From: a virus
Lineage: Duplodnaviria > Heunggongvirae > Uroviricota > Caudoviricetes
DNA: 33,170 nt
Reading direction: 5' to 3' (one strand)
Virus record (IMG/VR): IMGVR_UViG_3300044212_000090
Shown piece after piece: positions 24,305 to 32,264 of this stretch (within the stretch, counting starts at the first letter, position 1; each line of letters begins with the position of its first letter). Both the position numbers and the translations under genes were made by a program. The notes below the pieces were generated by a model. It was not told the DNA's origin, made no database searches, and saw only the letters and a list, made by a program, of their open reading frames with translations.

Positions 24305-24582
24305 TTCGCCACTCCCTGATTGCCTGCTGGCTTGGCGTGCATCCTGTCGCAAGACATGCCGGAGCCGTTCCCAAGCGGACCGTCCCATGTGAGGCATTGC
24401 ACGGCGCGACCATCCGAGAGCGGCACCCATCTCTCGGAAATACGTGAAGCGCTGTCGTTCGCGGAGGATGCGGGCGCGACCTGCGACGAAGGTGGCGCGG
24501 CCTGCTCGTCTTCGCGGCACGCCGCCAGTGCGGTCAGCATGGCTAGTTCGAGCATGCCTGCCATGATTCGTTTCGTTTTCAT
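24301..24582 (-). CDS. Small lipoprotein, 93 aa
   Basis: MLTALAA-C lipobox; SD GAGAGG. Confidence 0.7.
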   Translation of the reverse strand: MKTKRIMAGMLELAMLTALAACREDEQAAPPSSQVAPASSANDSASRISERWVPLSDGRAVQCLTWDGPLGNGSGMSCDRMHAKPAGNQGVAK

Positions 24583-24584
24583 GA

Positions 24585-24836
24585 TTACCTCTCCTCTTCG
24601 TAGGACATCTCGAACTCGAAGGCGCCCATGACGTAGAAATCGCCATACTTATTCTCCACCACATAGTCGCCTGTCCATGCGATGCGGCCCACTTCGGGTA
24701 TTCGTACGCCTGCATGCCGCGGCGTGACGATCGCAGAGCCGCCGCACCACGCCGCTATCCCCTCAACGGACTCGCCGTCGACCTTCACGGCGTACACATC
24801 GTCCGGGACGGGGTGATACGCCCTGACGGTCATCAT
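24585..24836 (-). CDS. Phage-like hypothetical protein, 83 aa
   Basis: TGDYVVENKYGDFYVMGAFEFEMSYE, a pattern common in small phage proteins; ATGA overlap. Confidence 0.65.
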   Translation of the reverse strand: MMTVRAYHPVPDDVYAVKVDGESVEGIAAWCGGSAIVTPRHAGVRIPEVGRIAWTGDYVVENKYGDFYVMGAFEFEMSYEEER

Positions 24837-25078
24837 GATTCGTCTTCCTCGCAGTAGTGTTCGATCCGGCTTGATGCGGAGCCGAGGAAGCTTCGGGCCG
24901 TTTGCAGAAAATGCTCGTCGCCGCTGTTCAGGCATTCGCAGTAGATGTCCTCCCCCAGCTCGTGGAGCCGTTCGCGCATCGCGGCGATGTCGTCCAGCAT
25001 CCGCTTGAGTTCAGTCTTGCGTTTTGCGCGGTTCTCGCGATACTCTTTCAGCGCCGCCTTTTCGTCAATGACGCTCAT
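24833..25078 (-). CDS. Coiled-coil protein, 81 aa
   Basis: Coupled ORF; heptad-like charged sequence. Confidence 0.7.
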   Translation of the reverse strand: MSVIDEKAALKEYRENRAKRKTELKRMLDDIAAMRERLHELGEDIYCECLNSGDEHFLQTARSFLGSASSRIEHYCEEDES

Positions 25079-25353
25079 AGAACACCCTTGTGTTCGTCGT
25101 GCTCGCGGAGCATGTCGTCAAGCCAGTCGCGCAATGCTCGCATCTCGCTCTCGCCGAGGGTCAGCTCCGGCATCGCTCCGGTGTTGAGATGGTCGGAGAG
25201 CACCAGCCCCATGTCGCTCTGACGCGGGTCGCAGGACAGCTCCACCGCAAGAGGACGGCTGTCGTACAGGTCGGGGCGTTCGAGCGTCAGCGCCATGCGC
25301 TGCTCGCCTGCATCCCCGTGCCAGAGCACCATAGCGGGCACAGTGGCGCTCAT
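25075..25353 (-). CDS. Hypothetical protein, 92 aa
   Basis: MSATVPAMVLW...; coupled ORF. Confidence 0.7.
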   Translation of the reverse strand: MSATVPAMVLWHGDAGEQRMALTLERPDLYDSRPLAVELSCDPRQSDMGLVLSDHLNTGAMPELTLGESEMRALRDWLDDMLREHDEHKGVL

Positions 25354-25526
25354 GACGTGCTTTCCTCGCTGCGCGTATAGCCACCTACATTCACCCACCC
25401 GTCGGCGTAGCAATGATAGATGCTGCATATCTTGGCTCCCGCTTCCATCAGCAGATACAGGCCGGTCGCCTCCGGTTCGTGCTTGGAGGCGTTCAGCGCA
25501 ATCCTGCCGTAGTTGTCGTTGTCCAT
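25350..25526 (-). CDS. Small protein, 58 aa
   Basis: MDNDNYGRIAL...; SD AAGGAG; motif GACGCATAC upstream at 25569-25577. Confidence 0.65.
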   Translation of the reverse strand: MDNDNYGRIALNASKHEPEATGLYLLMEAGAKICSIYHCYADGWVNVGGYTRSEESTS

Positions 25527-25590
25527 GACTTTCCGCTCCTTGCATGTCGTTTCGGTCCGCCGCCTCATGTATGCGTCCCGGATACGGCAA

Positions 25591-25627
25591 GCGGCCCCGC
25601 CCGGATGCATCATCCGGGCGGGGCCGC
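25591..25627 (-). terminator. 17-bp-stem hairpin downstream of the clamp gene
   Basis: GCGGCCCCGCCCGGATG-CAT-CATCCGGGCGGGGCCGC. Confidence 0.7.
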
Positions 25628-25710
25628 CGTCTCGCGGAGCCCGCGCGGCGCGAAAGGGCGCCTGGAATCGCATCAAGACGCCGCGCGGGCTTGTCGTATC
25701 CCATGCGCCG

Positions 25711-26802
25711 CTAGTCGACGCGCAGCGGCACGACGATCTGGCGCACGAAGCCCGCATCCGACGCGAAGAGCGCCGGGGCCAGCCCGCCGCGCCCGTTCGC
25801 CTTCGCGCACAGGGTGACGACCTCGCCCCTGTCCGCGTTCAGCGCGTCGGTCAGGTACGCGGAGTTGAACGCCAGGCGCTTGGGCAGCGAGCCGTCCACG
25901 TCGGCATCCACCGACGTGCTGAACCCGCCCTCCTCCGCCGAGGCGGCGGTCGAGAGCGTCATCTGGTCGTCCGCGAAGCGGAACTCGACCTTGGTGATGC
26001 GCTCGGACGACTGGTCGAACGCGCGGCAGCGCCTGACGGCGTCCAGGAGCATCGCGCGGTCGGCGCGTGCGGTCAGCTCGGCGTCCGCCGGGTCGATGAA
26101 CGCGCGGTCGATCTGCGGGAAGCCGCCCTCGATCACCCCCGACACGTCCAGGTCGGTCTCGGAGCTGAGCGCCACGGCGCGCTCGGTCACGCCGAACGAC
26201 GAGACGCCCGCGGCTGCGCCCTTGAGCCAGGCGCCCGGCGCGATGACGTCGCACTCCAGCCCCTCGGCGGGGATGGAGGCGATGGCCGCGCGGTAGCGGT
26301 CCGTCGCCGAGGCGAACAGTCGCCCGTCCTGCGTGTGCAGCCGGATGCCGCCGAGCACCGCGTTGTTCGGGTCGCGCCCCACGGCGTGCGACACCGATGC
26401 GACCAGCTGCGCGAAGCCGCCGTCCTCCAGCGCCGTCATCGACGCAGGCATCGCGGGCATCTCGGGCGCCAGGGCGTCGGGCATGATGCCGACGTAGCCG
26501 CGCCCGCGCGTCCCGTCGAAGCGCAGCCTCGTGCCGTCGAGCGTCCACGTCGCCTCGCCCGGCGCGCCGTTCGTCGCGGCTGCGGACAGCCACGCGGCGT
26601 TCGCGTATGAGACGCCGCTCTCGCTCTCCGATGCGGGGATGGTCGAGCGGGAGAAGCCGGAGGGCGAGCTGCCCTCAAGCGTCACCGACCCGTCGCCCAC
26701 GCTTATCTTCAGAGCGGACCCCGCGGGGCTGGTGGTGTCCAGGATGCGCGAGACGTGGGCCGCGGCGCGCGCCAGCTCCCCCTGATCGACCGTGAATTTC
26801 AT
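25711..26802 (-). CDS. dnaN: Divergent DNA polymerase III beta sliding clamp homologue, 363 aa
   Basis: MKFTVDQGEL, VLGGI, ATDRYR, GGFPQID, LAFNSAYLTDAL and terminal IVVPLRV match the clamp pattern; SD GAAGGAG; not in a dnaA-dnaN-recF context. Confidence 0.85.
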   Translation of the reverse strand: MKFTVDQGELARAAAHVSRILDTTSPAGSALKISVGDGSVTLEGSSPSGFSRSTIPASESESGVSYANAAWLSAAATNGAPGEATWTLDGTRLRFDGTRGRGYVGIMPDALAPEMPAMPASMTALEDGGFAQLVASVSHAVGRDPNNAVLGGIRLHTQDGRLFASATDRYRAAIASIPAEGLECDVIAPGAWLKGAAAGVSSFGVTERAVALSSETDLDVSGVIEGGFPQIDRAFIDPADAELTARADRAMLLDAVRRCRAFDQSSERITKVEFRFADDQMTLSTAASAEEGGFSTSVDADVDGSLPKRLAFNSAYLTDALNADRGEVVTLCAKANGRGGLAPALFASDAGFVRQIVVPLRVD

Positions 26803-26846
26803 ATGCACTCCTTCAAGTGTGCTGCATGTCGTTGTGTCGGGCGACC

Positions 26847-26869
26847 GTATGCGTCCGCGAAGCGCATAG
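26847..26869. promoter_or_regulatory. Back-to-back pair of CGCATA motifs (26847-26855 on -, 26861-26869 on +)
   Basis: GTATGCG-9 nt-CGCATAG; the plus copy is 9 nt before ATG 26879. Confidence 0.7.
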
Positions 26870-26878
26870 CCGCTTCCC

Positions 26879-29233
26879 ATGAAGAATCCCAACTGGTATG
26901 AGCTCATTCCCGTGCCCACCGCCGCCGAGCCGGTCGACGATCAGGCATCGTTCCTGCGCCGCGCCCGGCGCGCAGCCGAGGCGCTGGGGCTCTCGTCCCG
27001 TCCGTCGCTGGACTCCGCGGGCGATCTGCTCAGGCGCGCGGATGGCGTGACGCTGCTCGCCGAGGGACCGAGGCGCTATGTGGCCCTCGACCCGGATGCG
27101 TCCGACGACGCGGCGGCGATGCTCGCGCGCGCGTGCGACGCCACCGCGAAGCCGTGCGAACGGCCCGCCATCCTGGACGAGCGGCTCGTGTGGGCACACG
27201 CGGTCGTCCCCTCGCTCTCGACGCTGGGGCGCACCGCGCAGGACGATCTGGAGACCGGCGACGACGTGCGCCTGGCCCCGAGCGACGGCTCGCTCGTGTA
27301 CGTGCACGTGCGCCGGCAGGGGTTCATGGAGGTGCGCCGGGCGAAGCGGTGGCTGGCCGACGAGTTCAACATGCAGCCGGACACCTCCAAGCTCGTGCAG
27401 GCGGGCACGGGCGTGGCGCGCGTGGGCTGCGCCGCACCGGACCGGGGCGCCGCGTTGAAGGGCGCGGAGCGCGCCGCCAACTCGCTCGACCTAGGGCTCA
27501 CCCCCGGCGTCTCGAAGCACATCAGCCGCCCCGCGCTGGGATTGCTGTGCCTCTCGCTCGTCCCGCTCATCGCCTCCATCGCGCTGACCATCTGGCTGCA
27601 GTGGCCGCTGCTCGTCCCGTTCGCCGTCATCCTCTTCGCGTTCGCGCTCGTGCGCTATCTGCGCACGCCGAAGAGCGCGGATCTAAGGCAGCGCCCAAGG
27701 CACTACTGGTCGCTCTCGGACAGAATGCGCAAGGCGAAATCCGACGATCTCAAAACCCGGAGCACGGGGGACGAGGAGGGGGCAGGGGCGCGCAAGCGCC
27801 GCGTGCATGCGTACAGCTACCAGCGCTCCACGCTGCCCGTGCCCGCCGCGACGCTCGCCGCGCTGGCGCGCCCGGCCCCCGCGGTCGAGGGGAGCCGCAC
27901 GGCGCTGACCGAGGCCCCCGAGTCGCTCCTGAAGGAGTCCGGGCCGCGCGTGGGCGTGGATGCGGGCAGGCGCGACGTGCGCCTCGCCGCGAACACCTTG
28001 TACGGCGGCGTGTTCCTGATGGGCCGCATGGGCGGCGGCAAGTCGAACTCCATGCACGGGCTGGAGCGCTGGGCCGCGGAGCACGATGCCCCCGGCGACG
28101 CGATGGTGGTCTTCGAGTCCAAGGGCGTGGACTCCGTGCCGCTGCTGCGCTCCCTCATGGGCGGGCTGCACGTGGTCGACGTCAACGACCCGGCGACCCC
28201 GATGATCGACCTGCTTGGGAGCGGCTCGCCGTCCGAGCGCGCGGAGCGCTTCGCCTCGCTGATGCGCGGCGCGCTGGGCGACGGGCAGATAGGCCCGCGC
28301 AGCCGCATGCAGCTGCGCGACGCCGTGTGGCTGGCCCTCGACGTGCTGCCGCTCGATTCCTTCGCGAAGAGCTGCGCCGCGGCGGGCGCGTCCGTTCCGA
28401 AGAGCTGGGTCGCGTTCGCCATGGACATCCTGGCCGGCTCCGGCGTGGCGCAGGCCCGCGCGCTGGCGCATGCCGCGCGCATGGCGGACGACGGCCCCGA
28501 GGTCGCGCAGGCCGTCGAGCGCCTTCACGGGGGGGTGAACGAGTCGAGCGGACGCCCGCTGGTCTCCGACGGGCAGCTGATCTCCACGCTCTCGGCGCCG
28601 ATGAACAAGATGAGCCTGCTCTCCCAGGCGCCGGCGATCGCCGCGCCGGGGCGCCGGTCGTTCGCATGGCGCTCGATGCTCCAGGGCTCGGCGCACGCAC
28701 CCGCGCGGCTGGTCGTGAACCTCGGCGGCACGGTGGGCGGCGCCCACGAGTCGCTGCCCGAGGACGTGAAGCGTCTGGTCGGCGCCCTGCTGCTGCAGGG
28801 GCTGCGCCAGGAGATCGAGGCGGGCTGCGCGGGCTGGCAGGCGCAGGGCCGGCACATGCGCCTGTTCGCCGACGAGCTTACGGAGCTGCTCGGCTCCGAC
28901 GCCGGCACGGCGGGCGGCAACGCGGAGGCGTTCGGGTGGATGCACTCCAAGGGCCGCGCCTACGGCGCCGAGCTCACGGCGGGCACGCAGTTCCCCGAGC
29001 AGCTGGACCACGTGACGCTGGCGCTGGTCTCCGGCTTCGACGCGAAGCTGTGCTTCGCCATGCGCGCGAGCGATCAGGCGCGGGTGGCGGGCGACATGAT
29101 GGGCGTGGAGCCTGAGCGGCTCCAGCAGTTGCCGCTGCACGTGGCCGCGGTGCGCGCGGTGGACGGCGACTTCGCGCTGCTCCCCGCCATGTTCCTGGCC
29201 GTGCCGCACTTCGACGGCGGAGACGCCGCCTGA
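26879..29233 (+). CDS. VirD4/TraD-like coupling ATPase with central TM hairpin
   Basis: Two TMs at about aa 220-260; Walker A GRMGGGKS; Walker B RLFADE; GTQFPEQL. Confidence 0.7.
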   Translation: MKNPNWYELIPVPTAAEPVDDQASFLRRARRAAEALGLSSRPSLDSAGDLLRRADGVTLLAEGPRRYVALDPDASDDAAAMLARACDATAKPCERPAILDERLVWAHAVVPSLSTLGRTAQDDLETGDDVRLAPSDGSLVYVHVRRQGFMEVRRAKRWLADEFNMQPDTSKLVQAGTGVARVGCAAPDRGAALKGAERAANSLDLGLTPGVSKHISRPALGLLCLSLVPLIASIALTIWLQWPLLVPFAVILFAFALVRYLRTPKSADLRQRPRHYWSLSDRMRKAKSDDLKTRSTGDEEGAGARKRRVHAYSYQRSTLPVPAATLAALARPAPAVEGSRTALTEAPESLLKESGPRVGVDAGRRDVRLAANTLYGGVFLMGRMGGGKSNSMHGLERWAAEHDAPGDAMVVFESKGVDSVPLLRSLMGGLHVVDVNDPATPMIDLLGSGSPSERAERFASLMRGALGDGQIGPRSRMQLRDAVWLALDVLPLDSFAKSCAAAGASVPKSWVAFAMDILAGSGVAQARALAHAARMADDGPEVAQAVERLHGGVNESSGRPLVSDGQLISTLSAPMNKMSLLSQAPAIAAPGRRSFAWRSMLQGSAHAPARLVVNLGGTVGGAHESLPEDVKRLVGALLLQGLRQEIEAGCAGWQAQGRHMRLFADELTELLGSDAGTAGGNAEAFGWMHSKGRAYGAELTAGTQFPEQLDHVTLALVSGFDAKLCFAMRASDQARVAGDMMGVEPERLQQLPLHVAAVRAVDGDFALLPAMFLAVPHFDGGDAA

Positions 29234-29235
29234 CG

Positions 29236-29244
29236 GACGCATAC
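29236..29244 (+). promoter_or_regulatory. GACGCATAC motif, 8 nt before ATG 29253
   Basis: No SD; sits in the 19-bp gap after the VirD4-like stop. Confidence 0.7.
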
Positions 29245-29252
29245 GCGCGCGC

Positions 29253-30122
29253 ATGCAACATCTGAGCCATGACATGCGCGACGAGCTGGACGCGCGGGTG
29301 AGAGCCATCGACTGGACCGACGCCGCGTGCGAGTACGACAGCCCAGAGCGCCATCTCGTCGCATCCTGGGCGGCGCAGAGCGATCTGGTGCCCTCCGCCC
29401 TGGGCAGGCTCTTCCCCGACGATCAGCAGCGCGAGCGGATGATCGAGTACACGATGGTGCGCGTCGTGGAGAAGATCCTGGGCGTGGCGATCGAATCGAA
29501 GAGCGCCCAGTGGAATTGGGGCAACCTCTGGGACCCGCGCGAGGACACGTCCTTCTGCGGCTGGTGCCGGCGCCTGGCCTACTCGGTGGCGCGCACGAAC
29601 GCCGGCCGCGTGCTTCACCCGAAGACGGTGAACGGCTCTGGCATGGAGAACGACGACGGGTACAACCCCGCATGGGACTCCAAGGATTCCAAGCCGCTCA
29701 TGACGGTGGCCCCGGACGAGCTGTTCGCCGAGCATCCCGATCTGGCGGTGCCGCGCCCGGTGGGCGGCTCGCGCGAGCGCATGGATGCGCTGCTGCGACT
29801 GAACGGCCCGGCGCGCACCCTGAGGTGGCTGCGCCGCTGCGGGTACTGGGACGCGTCGATGGACGGACTCGACCCGGACGTGGCATTGGCGCTGCTCTCC
29901 GCCCCCGTGCCGCGAGCCCGCGCCATGCAGCTGCCGCTGCTCTTCGCAGGACGCGAGCGCATGGCGGAGCTCTACGCGCGCACGCAGACCGCGAAGCCGG
30001 ACCAGCGCCACCTGGGCGAGCTGCGCCGCGAGGTCACCGCCGCGGCGCGGGAGAACGGCGAGCGGGAATGGCATGTGTGGACGCGCCTGGGCACCGCGGC
30101 CGCGCAGTTGGCGTCAGTATGA
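29253..30122 (+). CDS. Divergent sigma70 region-2-like protein, 289 aa
   Basis: WDPREDTSFCGWCRRLAYSVARTNAGR resembles the ECF region 2.2-2.4 pattern (FDP..G.SF.TW...IARN.A.D..R); no clear region-4 HTH. Confidence 0.5.
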   Translation: MQHLSHDMRDELDARVRAIDWTDAACEYDSPERHLVASWAAQSDLVPSALGRLFPDDQQRERMIEYTMVRVVEKILGVAIESKSAQWNWGNLWDPREDTSFCGWCRRLAYSVARTNAGRVLHPKTVNGSGMENDDGYNPAWDSKDSKPLMTVAPDELFAEHPDLAVPRPVGGSRERMDALLRLNGPARTLRWLRRCGYWDASMDGLDPDVALALLSAPVPRARAMQLPLLFAGRERMAELYARTQTAKPDQRHLGELRREVTAAARENGEREWHVWTRLGTAAAQLASV

Positions 30123-30521
30123 CGATGCTCTGAACGCGGGCCATGGCGACGGGGGAGCCAGCTCGAAGCCCAGATCGAGGCCGACGGCCAGGCACCACGC
30201 GGCGAAGCGCGCGCCTCCCGTGCGTCCGTCGAGCAGCCATCCCATGTCGGCTTTCGCGGGATTGACTTCCGTTTCGCACCATGTCGCCGCCCGTTCGATG
30301 CGCCGGAGCGCGGCGATCCGACCGGTGCCGAAGATCGCCTGATCGGTCATCCACACGTGCAATGAGAGCAGCGCGGGGTCCGCCATGCATCCCTCGATTA
30401 GCCGGGGCAGGCAGCGCGAGCCGTCGCTCGCGGACAGCGCGCGCAGTTCGGCGAGCATCGCTCCGCGCCGCGCCGCGGCGGCGGATCGCGCCGCCGCGGC
30501 GTCTACTTGCGATGGAACCAT
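30114..30521 (-). CDS. Hypothetical protein, 135 aa
   Basis: MVPSQVDAAAAR...; downstream of and overlapping the ParA-like gene. Confidence 0.65.
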   Translation of the reverse strand: MVPSQVDAAAARSAAAARRGAMLAELRALSASDGSRCLPRLIEGCMADPALLSLHVWMTDQAIFGTGRIAALRRIERAATWCETEVNPAKADMGWLLDGRTGGARFAAWCLAVGLDLGFELAPPSPWPAFRASSY

Positions 30522-31288
30522 GAGCGCTTCTCGGGTGCCTTGAAGTCGTCGCGCCGTCCGCCCGCGAACACGGCGGCGCGCCGCAGCCAGTCGGGCTCGG
30601 CGCCCGCGTCGTAGCCGGGCCTGCGCGCGTCGAGCATCTTCGCGGACGCCTCGTCCCACACGTCCGAGCCGCCCCACATGCCCATGCCGTCGAGCAGACG
30701 CTCCCAGCTCTGGTCGGAGTGGGGCTTCAGGACCCCCGGCACCTGGGCGACGACCATCGTCTGGCTCGGTCGGCGGATGGCGTCCAGTGCCGCGAGCCCG
30801 TCGTCGAGCTGGGAGCCGGTCTGGCCTATCTTGAAGACGATGCGGGCGCCGCCCGACTGCACGAACGGGCGCATGACGCCGCCTGCGAACGTGGCGGGGT
30901 CGTTCCATGTGGAGCCGTCGACGCGGTCGGCGTCCACTATCACGATGTCGCACGCGCCGCGAAGCGCCACGAGCGCGGAGCCGTACAGGTCGTTGATGCC
31001 GGGCGCGCGCGGCTCCAGAGGGCCGGGGAGCAGTGCGAAGGACGCTCCCGTGCCGCCTGTGCCGGGGCGGATCCATGCGGCCTTGAGGCCTTTCACCGCG
31101 GCGCGCTCCAGCCCCGCGCTGTCGCCCAGTGCGAGGAAGGCGCGCTGGGACTGCTGGCCCGGATTGCCGTCGACGAGCACGGTGCGAAGGCGCGTGCGCC
31201 CCAGCGCCTCGGCCACGGCCCGCGCACTGGAGCTCTTGCCCAGCCCGCCTGAGCCGCCTGTGAAGAATGTGATGGGAGCGCTTGTCAT
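30503..31288 (-). CDS. ParA/MinD-like P-loop ATPase with atypical deviant Walker A
   Basis: FFTGGSGGLGKSS, VLVDGNPGQ, CDIVIVD; basic/aromatic C-terminus KRSWFHRK. Confidence 0.75.
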   Translation of the reverse strand: MTSAPITFFTGGSGGLGKSSSARAVAEALGRTRLRTVLVDGNPGQQSQRAFLALGDSAGLERAAVKGLKAAWIRPGTGGTGASFALLPGPLEPRAPGINDLYGSALVALRGACDIVIVDADRVDGSTWNDPATFAGGVMRPFVQSGGARIVFKIGQTGSQLDDGLAALDAIRRPSQTMVVAQVPGVLKPHSDQSWERLLDGMGMWGGSDVWDEASAKMLDARRPGYDAGAEPDWLRRAAVFAGGRRDDFKAPEKRSWFHRK

Positions 31289-31297
31289 GCGCTTGGC

Positions 31298-31306
31298 CTA
31301 TGCGCC
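31298..31306 (-). promoter_or_regulatory. GGCGCATAG motif, 9 nt before ATG 31288
   Basis: A second copy (AGCGCATAA) lies at 31319-31327. Confidence 0.7.
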
Positions 31307-31339
31307 TGTAAAACCCCGTTATGCGCTCGTGCGTGGTTT

Positions 31340-32170
31340 GGACCCCTTGATGGGATTATTGATTTATTGTTTATGTTTGATTGTTGTCTATTGATATGTC
31401 TATTTATTTGATTGTCTATGGTTGTTATGTTTGATTTCATGTCTGTTCGTTGCTGATTTGCTGTTCGTGCTGATTGTCTGTTTGTGCTGTTTGATTTGTT
31501 CATGCTGTCTATGTCTGTGCTGTCTATTTTTGATTCGTTCGTTTTATGCTGTCTGTTGCTGTATTGCGTCTATGCGTTTCGTTTGTTGATTGCTTACGTG
31601 TGTTATGTGCGTTTCTGTTTGTTGATTGCTTACGTGAGTAGTGGGAGATTTTTTCTTTTTGGCTTGTGCTTGCTTTGGCTAGGTATGTATCTGTTTGTTG
31701 ATTGCTTGCGTTTGGCTTTCCATGTTGAAGTGTGTTTTTGCTTGTGTGTGTTCTGTATTGGCTGTCTGTCTTTGCTCGGCTTTGGCTAGGTATGTATCTG
31801 TTTGTTTTTGCTTGCTTTGGTTTAGGTTATGTATGTTGTGTTTGTCATTGCTTGCTTTGGGTATGCTGCTTGCGTTGTTCCTTAGGTGTGCTGATGTTCT
31901 TCTTTAGGTATGTGCTTGAGATTGATCTTGAGGTTGTCTTCTGGAGTTCTCTGTGTTCTTCTTTATGAGGTTTTCTTTGAGCGTCTTTCTTTGCGTTCGT
32001 TTCTTTTAGGTTTGCTAAGGGTGTTTTCGTTTTAGGGTTGCCAGGGGTGTTTTCTTTTCCTCTTCGCTTTTCGTTTGCGTTCGTGTTCGGCTTCCCGGCT
32101 AGCGCCGCATGCCATGCGCCCTTGCCGGGCGCGCGGGGCTTTTCGCTTCGCTTCTTCTTTCCGCTTTCGT
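31340..32170. repeat. Strand-skewed T-rich low-complexity region with nested direct repeats
   Basis: Top strand dominated by T (with G, then C at the right end); GTTTGTTGATTGCTT at 31581, 31617, 31693; 28-bp GCTTTGGCTAGGTATGTATCTGTTTGTT at 31672 and 31779. Confidence 0.85.
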
Positions 32171-32264
32171 CTGATTCTTCGCGCATGGCGTCTGCGTGAC
32201 GCATAGTGCGTCTCATGGACGCGCGGAGACGCCGTGCGCCGTCAAAGCGAAAGGGAGAGGCATC

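Noticed and set aside
27133-29308. Alternative-frame and antisense ORFs of 541-660 aa
   Set aside because: Shadows of the VirD4-like gene.
31484-31968. Very hydrophobic Leu/Phe/Cys/Val-rich plus-strand ORFs
   Set aside because: A predictable result of translating T/G-rich low-complexity DNA; no SD and atypical codon use.
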